Assembly: GCA_040752415.1 (NCBI GenBank)
Contig: JBFMGU010000078.1
Location: forward strand, 1 to 40,655
Length of the DNA: 40,655 nt
Direction: 5' to 3'
DNA from: Myxococcota bacterium
Lineage (GTDB): Bacteria > Myxococcota > JACRCW01
Positions 36,346-40,655 of the stretch are shown here, in pieces (positions within the stretch are counted from its first letter, which is position 1; each line of letters starts with the position of its first letter). A model generated the notes under the pieces. It was not told where the DNA came from. It saw only the letters and a program-made list of their open reading frames with translations, and did not search any database. The translations under genes and the position numbers were made by a program.

Positions 36346-37563
36346 ATGACCAGCCTGATTGCCTCGGTGAAGGCCGCCCACGCGCGGCACCGTCGACGTC
36401 ACACGCCCAGCGGGCACCGCTTTGCGCTCGCCGACGCGGTGGACTTCCTCAACCCGGCGCACTGGGACGCGCTCACCGCCGGCGCCAGCATCTTCCTGCA
36501 GCGCCCCTACCTGCGCCTGCTGGAGGAGGGCGGGCCCGCCAACATGGCCCAGCGCTACGCGCTCATCTACGAGGGCGACACGCCGGTGGCGGCGGTGGCG
36601 GCGCAGAGCGTCCACGTGGACGGCGCGCGGCTGCTCAAGGGCTCCCCCTCCGGCGGCGCGGCGCTGGCGCGCAAGGCGCTGGTGGCGGCGGTGCAGCAGT
36701 GGCAGGAGCGGCTGCTGGTGTGCGGCAACCTGCTCTCCTGGGGACAACACGGCGTGGCCATGGCGCCGGGCGCGGATCCCACGGCCACGTGGAGCGCGGT
36801 GGCGGAGGCGCTCTACCGGCTGCGTCGGGCGGACCGGCTCCACGGCGAGACGGACTTTGCCATGGTGAAGGACATTCCCGCCGCCCACCTGGAGCACGCC
36901 GGCGCGCTGCGGACGTTCAGCTACCGGCGCGTGGACACCGACCCGGACATGGTGCTGCGCATCCCGCCGGACTGGCGCACCCACGAGGACTACCTGGCCA
37001 GCCTCAACGCCAAGTACCGCAAGGGCGTGCGCCAGCTGCAGCGCGACGTGGAGAAGGCCGGCTGCACCGTGGAGCCGCTGCGCATCACGGCCGCGGACAC
37101 CGACGCGCTGCACGGGCTCTACCTGCAGGTGCACCAGCGCGCGCCGCTGCGCCTCTTCACGCTGCCGGAGGACTTCCAGGCCGGCCTGGCGGGCGCCTTC
37201 GGGGAGGGGTTCCGGTGCACGGTCATCCGCCAGTCGGGGCGGCTGGTGGGCTTTGTGACCACGCTGCGCGACGGCGACACCGCGGTGGGCTACCACATCG
37301 GCTTTGACCGGGCCCTCAGCGAGGAGGTGCCGCTGTACTTCCGCCTGCTCCAGGCCGCGGTGGCGGATGCGGTGGCGCTCGGGTGTCGCCGCCTCAGCCT
37401 GGGACGCACCGCCCTGGAGCCCAAGGCCAAACTGGGGGCGCGCCCGGAGCCGCTCGCCGTCTGGGTCCGCCACCGCGTCCCCGCCCTCAACCTCCTGGTC
37501 CGCACCCTGCTGGGCACGCTGGAGTTCGACGAGGCCCCCGACCGCAACCCCTTCAAGGACTAG
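36346..37563 (+). CDS. GNAT-superfamily N-acyltransferase of the FemAB/BioF2-like (DUF482/CelD-like) type
   Basis: 405 aa with FemAB-like architecture (FLQRPYLRLLEE...YHIGFD). It is the nearest upstream gene to the tandem sRNA array. Family call is moderate. Confidence 0.55.
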   Translation: MTSLIASVKAAHARHRRRHTPSGHRFALADAVDFLNPAHWDALTAGASIFLQRPYLRLLEEGGPANMAQRYALIYEGDTPVAAVAAQSVHVDGARLLKGSPSGGAALARKALVAAVQQWQERLLVCGNLLSWGQHGVAMAPGADPTATWSAVAEALYRLRRADRLHGETDFAMVKDIPAAHLEHAGALRTFSYRRVDTDPDMVLRIPPDWRTHEDYLASLNAKYRKGVRQLQRDVEKAGCTVEPLRITAADTDALHGLYLQVHQRAPLRLFTLPEDFQAGLAGAFGEGFRCTVIRQSGRLVGFVTTLRDGDTAVGYHIGFDRALSEEVPLYFRLLQAAVADAVALGCRRLSLGRTALEPKAKLGARPEPLAVWVRHRVPALNLLVRTLLGTLEFDEAPDRNPFKD

Positions 37564-37762
37564 AAAAACAGGGCACCGGGTACCTGCTGTGGCAACGCCG
37601 CCCTATTCCGGCAACACGTTGAAATTATTGGTCTTCTCGGACTTGTCAGCAAATTAATCGGGCGCGCGAACCCTTTCCGGGCCTGGTCGCACAATCTGCG
37701 CTCACGCTACAAGACCATGAAATCCATGTGTTTTCCGTCACTCTTTCGTTCCAGCGGACGCC

Positions 37763-37778
37763 TGGCACACCCTCTGCT
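37763..37778 (+). promoter_or_regulatory. Sigma-54 promoter, copy 1 (TGGCACA-N4-CTGCT)
   Basis: -24 GG and -12 GC are correctly spaced; an AT-rich tract lies upstream. Confidence 0.45.
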
Positions 37779-37788
37779 ATGACCTTCA

Positions 37789-37859
37789 TCGCACGGCGCG
37801 ATGCCCAGGCGGACTTCCCCCCCCGGTCCCCTTGAGGCGTTGCCCGTGCTCTTTTTTTT
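37789..37859 (+). ncRNA. Putative sigma-54-dependent small RNA, paralog 1 (~71 nt; Pxr-like)
   Basis: Predicted +1 lies 12 nt after the -12 GC. Transcript (U)CGCACGGCG...GCCCGUGC closes in a 6-bp outer stem followed by UCUUUUUUUU. The 60-nt core is identical to paralog 2. Confidence 0.45.
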
Positions 37860-38168
37860 CGACCTGGTTTCGCACGTCGCCAGGCATCGCTCCTCCCCAT
37901 CCCCCAGTTTCCGGAACGGTTGCCCCTGGCGGCGAGGCCCACCCCTGGCCGTGGCGCCGTACGTGGAAAATCCCGGTCATACCAACCCTGGAATGGCGTC
38001 GGCGCCCACCATTTGCCAACAGCTTGAAATCATGGAGTTTATCGACCGTCACGGGGACCCAAAACCCGGGCGCCATCGCCCTTTTCGTGGCCCCCGGGAT
38101 TTCCCCGTACCGCACACAAGATCTTGTAAACATTGATGAATTACCAATCGCCCGGAAGCACCAACGGC

Positions 38169-38184
38169 TGGCACGGCGACTGCT
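38169..38184 (+). promoter_or_regulatory. Sigma-54 promoter, copy 2 (TGGCACG-N4-CTGCT)
   Basis: Best match to TGGCACG-N4-TTGCW. An AT-rich tract with an IHF-like half-site (CATCAATGTTTAC on the minus strand) lies about 40 nt upstream. Confidence 0.5.
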
Positions 38185-38194
38185 ATGTCCAGGT

Positions 38195-38265
38195 ACGCAC
38201 GGCGCGATGCCCAGGCGGACTTCCCCCCCCGGTCCCCTTGAGGCGTTGCCCGTGCTGTTTTTTTT
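38195..38265 (+). ncRNA. Putative sigma-54-dependent small RNA, paralog 2 (~71 nt; Pxr-like)
   Basis: ACGCACGGCGCGAUGCCCAGGCGGACUUCCCCCCCCGGUCCCCUUGAGGCGUUGCCCGUGCUGUUUUUUUU. Outer stem GCACGG/CCGUGC, an internal C8 tract, and a U8 run. Confidence 0.45.
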
Positions 38266-38561
38266 CGACTTCGTCTCCCGCCCAGCCCAGTCCCCCCCGG
38301 GTTCCGGAACCCAGCCCCCGGCCGGTGAAGCCCGCCCTGGCCGCGGCGCTTTGCGCGGAAAATCCAGGTCAAGACCGCCCTGAAATGGCATCGTCGCCCA
38401 CCATCCGCCAACATCTTGAAATCATGGGGTTTATCGGCTGTCACGCGGCCCAGAACCAGGGCACCCACGCCCATCAAGTGCATCCAGGGATTTGCCGGGA
38501 TGAGGATTCAAACGCTTGTAAACATTGATGATTTTTCCATCGGCGGGAAACGCCCAACGGC

Positions 38562-38577
38562 TGGCACGGTGACTGCT
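38562..38577 (+). promoter_or_regulatory. Sigma-54 promoter, copy 3 (TGGCACG-N4-CTGCT)
   Basis: Same architecture as copy 2 with a GTGA spacer. Confidence 0.5.
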
Positions 38578-38587
38578 ATGTCCAGGT

Positions 38588-38655
38588 GCGCACGGCGCGA
38601 TGCCTCGGACTTCCCCCCCCGGTCCCTGTAGGCGTTGCCCGTGCTTTTTCTTTTC
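38588..38655 (+). ncRNA. Putative sigma-54-dependent small RNA, paralog 3 (diverged: 4-nt deletion and substitutions in the middle; terminator UUUUUCUUUU)
   Basis: ...GAUGCCUCGGACUUCCCCCCCCGGUCCCUGUAGGCGUUGCCCGUGCUUUUUCUUUU. Outer stem and C8 tract are retained while internal positions differ from paralogs 1 and 2. Confidence 0.4.
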
Positions 38656-38741
38656 GACCTCCCGCACAGACGCCGACGGCCGGAACCAGCCCTGGCCGGC
38701 TCCGGCCGCCGTGGTGCGGCTGAGTCACGCGGGTGCGCGGC

Positions 38742-39236
38742 TCAGTCGAACAGGCCTCCACGTTCCTTCTCATGCAGGCGCTCGGTGGTCTTCACGTAGT
38801 CCTTGTTGAGGTCCTCGAACGCGTTGCGGATGTCGTCGCGGAGCTCGGTCATCTTGCGTGAGTCGACGCCCGGGTCGGCCATCTTGCGGGCGCGCTCCTT
38901 GGTGTCAAAGGCCTTCTCACGCATCTTCTTGATGTCGTTCTTGAGGTCGTTCCGCAGGTCCTTCTCCTGCTTGTTGGCCACGTCCTCCAGGTGATCCAGC
39001 TTGTTCTCGAAGCCGTCCAGCATGGAGATGATCTCCCGCGAGCCGGTCTGCTCACGGATGTCTCCCAGCACCCGCTGGTAGCCCTTCTCCACGTCCACCT
39101 TCTGGCCCGGCTTGGCGTCCTTCTGCACGTCCACGTCGTACTGCTTGACGTCCGTGTCCTTCTCGTCGGCGTGGGCGTAGCTGCCCACCGCGGCCACCAG
39201 ACCCACCGTCAAACCCGCCAGCAACTTGCTGCGCAT
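38742..39236 (-). CDS. Small secreted, highly charged (Lys/Asp/Glu-rich) hypothetical protein
   Basis: Perfect RBS GGAGG 7 nt before ATG 39236. Signal peptide MRSKLLAGLTVGLVAAVGSYAHA is followed by about 140 aa of charged helical sequence. Confidence 0.6.
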   Translation of the reverse strand: MRSKLLAGLTVGLVAAVGSYAHADEKDTDVKQYDVDVQKDAKPGQKVDVEKGYQRVLGDIREQTGSREIISMLDGFENKLDHLEDVANKQEKDLRNDLKNDIKKMREKAFDTKERARKMADPGVDSRKMTELRDDIRNAFEDLNKDYVKTTERLHEKERGGLFD

Positions 39237-39385
39237 GACATGCCTCCTTCAGGGGGAAGCCCCGCAGACATGTACGCCGCCGCAACCCCGCATCAAGCTG
39301 CTGCCACGACGAGGACACGCGCTGTCCATGTCCCTGCCGCGGGTGCCTGCCAACGCAGCGACCTGGCTCTAACTCCTCCGCCGAG

Positions 39386-40495
39386 ATGGAGACGCGCGCC
39401 CGTTCCCAGGTCTCCCCGCGCACCGTCTGGACCGTGGGGCTGAACCTCCTGATGCTCGGCGCGGTGCTGGGCCTGCTGTGGCTCACCAGGCTGGTGGTGG
39501 CGTGGCTGGCCCTGGCGCTCCTGCTCACCGTGGCGCTGCAGCCGGTGATGGTGTGGCTGGAACGTCGGGGGATGAAGCGCCCCGCGGCGGTGCTGCTGGT
39601 GTTTGGTGCGCTGGGCCTGTCCCTGCTGCTCTTTGCCGCCAGCGTGGTGCCACTGCTGGTGGGTCAGGGCCGGGAGATGGCCGACGCGCTGCCGGAGCTG
39701 CTGGAACGGCTGCGGGAGTCGCGCGCGGCGCAGTGGCTGGACCAGCGGGTGGGCGACATCGACGTGGTGCGGGAGCGGGCCACGCAGCAGGCCACCGCGG
39801 CGGTGGGGACCGCGTTCACGCTGGCGCGTCGGGCGCTGATGGGCGTGCTGGGGCTGGTGACCATCCTGGTGCTCTCCATGTTCATGCAGCTGTTCGGCGG
39901 CGAGGTGGTGGCCGGGCTCCTGGCCTGGGTGCGTCCCGACCAACGGCAGCAGTACCTGGAGATCGGGAGGCGCATGGTGCACGCGGTGGGCGGCTACATG
40001 CTGGGTGTGCTGGTTGTCTCCAGCATTGGCGGCACGGTGACGGGGGCCACGCTGCTCATCCTGGGCGTGCCCTTCTTCCTGCCGCTGGCGCTGGCCGCGG
40101 TGGTGCTGGGCATCATCCCGTTCCTGGGCGCGTGGCTGGTGGGTGTGCTCATCCTGGCCACCACGTTCGCCACGGTGGGGGGCCGGGCGGCGCTCGTCGC
40201 GCTGGGGGTGGGGCTGGTGTACCAGCAACTGGAGAACCACGTGCTGCAGCCGCTCATCCAGCGACGGACGATGCGCATGAACCCGCTCATCATCTCGGTG
40301 GTGATGCTGTTGGGGACCAACCTGCTGGGTGTGCTGGGTGCCATCCTGGCGTTGCCGTTTGCCGGTGCGCTGCAGGTGGTGCTGCGGGAGGTCCTGCTGC
40401 GGCGACAGACGGGATGGGGCGAGGTGCTGCCGCGGCCCCACGACGAGCGGCCCGTGCAGGCGGAACTGCCCATGGGCCCGCCGCGTCCCGCGTGA
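39386..40495 (+). CDS. AI-2E family transporter (PerM/YhhT, UPF0118)
   Basis: 369 aa, about 8 TM helices, with the conserved ...YQQLENHVLQPLI... motif of the AI-2E family. Confidence 0.8.
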   Translation: METRARSQVSPRTVWTVGLNLLMLGAVLGLLWLTRLVVAWLALALLLTVALQPVMVWLERRGMKRPAAVLLVFGALGLSLLLFAASVVPLLVGQGREMADALPELLERLRESRAAQWLDQRVGDIDVVRERATQQATAAVGTAFTLARRALMGVLGLVTILVLSMFMQLFGGEVVAGLLAWVRPDQRQQYLEIGRRMVHAVGGYMLGVLVVSSIGGTVTGATLLILGVPFFLPLALAAVVLGIIPFLGAWLVGVLILATTFATVGGRAALVALGVGLVYQQLENHVLQPLIQRRTMRMNPLIISVVMLLGTNLLGVLGAILALPFAGALQVVLREVLLRRQTGWGEVLPRPHDERPVQAELPMGPPRPA

Positions 40496-40655
40496 AGGAC
40501 TGTGGCCTTCCCCCTCCCACGCCCTCTCCCCACGTGATCCGCATCAGCGCGTCAGGCGACCGTCGGTGTCAGCGGCAGCCAAGGCTGCACCTGGAAATGC
40601 ACCAAGCCTGGCCTCGAAGCCCGCCTGCACGACGTGACCGCGCCAGGCTCCACGT

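Larger units (their letters stand above)
37600..38660 (+). repeat. Tandem array (~3.2 copies, period ~390-415 bp) of a promoter/sRNA/terminator unit
   Basis: Units at about 37600-37780 (partial, diverged), 37780-38190, 38190-38585 and 38585-38660 align along their whole length (shared blocks cttgaaatcatggRgtttatcgRc, cttgtaaacattgatga, ggctggcacggYgactgctatgtccagg). Local GC falls well below the window average. Confidence 0.8.

Noticed and set aside
36331-37473. 380-aa minus-strand ORF
   Set aside because: Antisense to the GNAT/FemAB-like gene; Arg-rich junk.
37801-38528. ORFs 37801-38136, 37832-38383 and 38133-38528 inside the tandem repeat (repeated peptide MPRRTSPPGPLEALPVLFFFD)
   Set aside because: They are simply translations of the repeated promoter/sRNA/terminator unit. 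The peptide similarity reflects DNA repetition, and the region has promoter and terminator signals instead of RBS and coding features.
37600-38660. Possible CRISPR array
   Set aside because: The repeat period is ~400 bp, not 28-37-bp direct repeats with unique spacers. The units are homologous along their full length and no cas genes are present.

Overview
This is a 40.6-kb window of very high-GC (~69-70%) bacterial chromosome. Its gene content suggests a myxobacterium (Cystobacterineae-like): a sigma-54 activator, many lipoproteins, a DUF1501/planctomycete-cytochrome pair, and PilZ and MshEN-type c-di-GMP effector proteins. I support about 33 protein-coding genes, two gene remnants and several non-coding elements. 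The most interesting element is at 37.6-38.7 kb. It is a roughly 400-bp unit repeated about 3.2 times in tandem in a long AT-poor intergenic gap beside a GNAT/FemAB-like acyltransferase gene. Each full copy carries an AT-rich tract, a near-consensus sigma-54 promoter (TGGCACG-N4-CTGCT), a ~70-nt GC-rich structured segment and a strong intrinsic terminator ending in a U8 tract. These are three tandem paralogous small-RNA genes whose transcription would depend on sigma-54 and an enhancer-binding protein, like the Pxr developmental sRNA of Myxococcus. A second theme is glycerolipid metabolism. It includes a translationally coupled plsB-like/gpsA/App1-like phosphatidate phosphatase operon, a PlsC acyltransferase, a GDPD lipoprotein, a SAM methyltransferase and an unusual operon of MFS transporter, HTH-fused opine-dehydrogenase-like enzyme, long CDP-alcohol phosphatidyltransferase and LarA-like protein. 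Other features: a sigma-54 activator divergent from an nfeD-flotillin operon that has its own candidate sigma-54 promoter; a decayed M1 aminopeptidase gene with a large internal deletion; a transposase core fragment; a partial duplicate of the 3' end of the MshEN-domain gene; and a conspicuous inverted repeat upstream of a PilZ gene. The many long antisense Arg-rich ORFs in the six-frame track are treated as GC artefacts.
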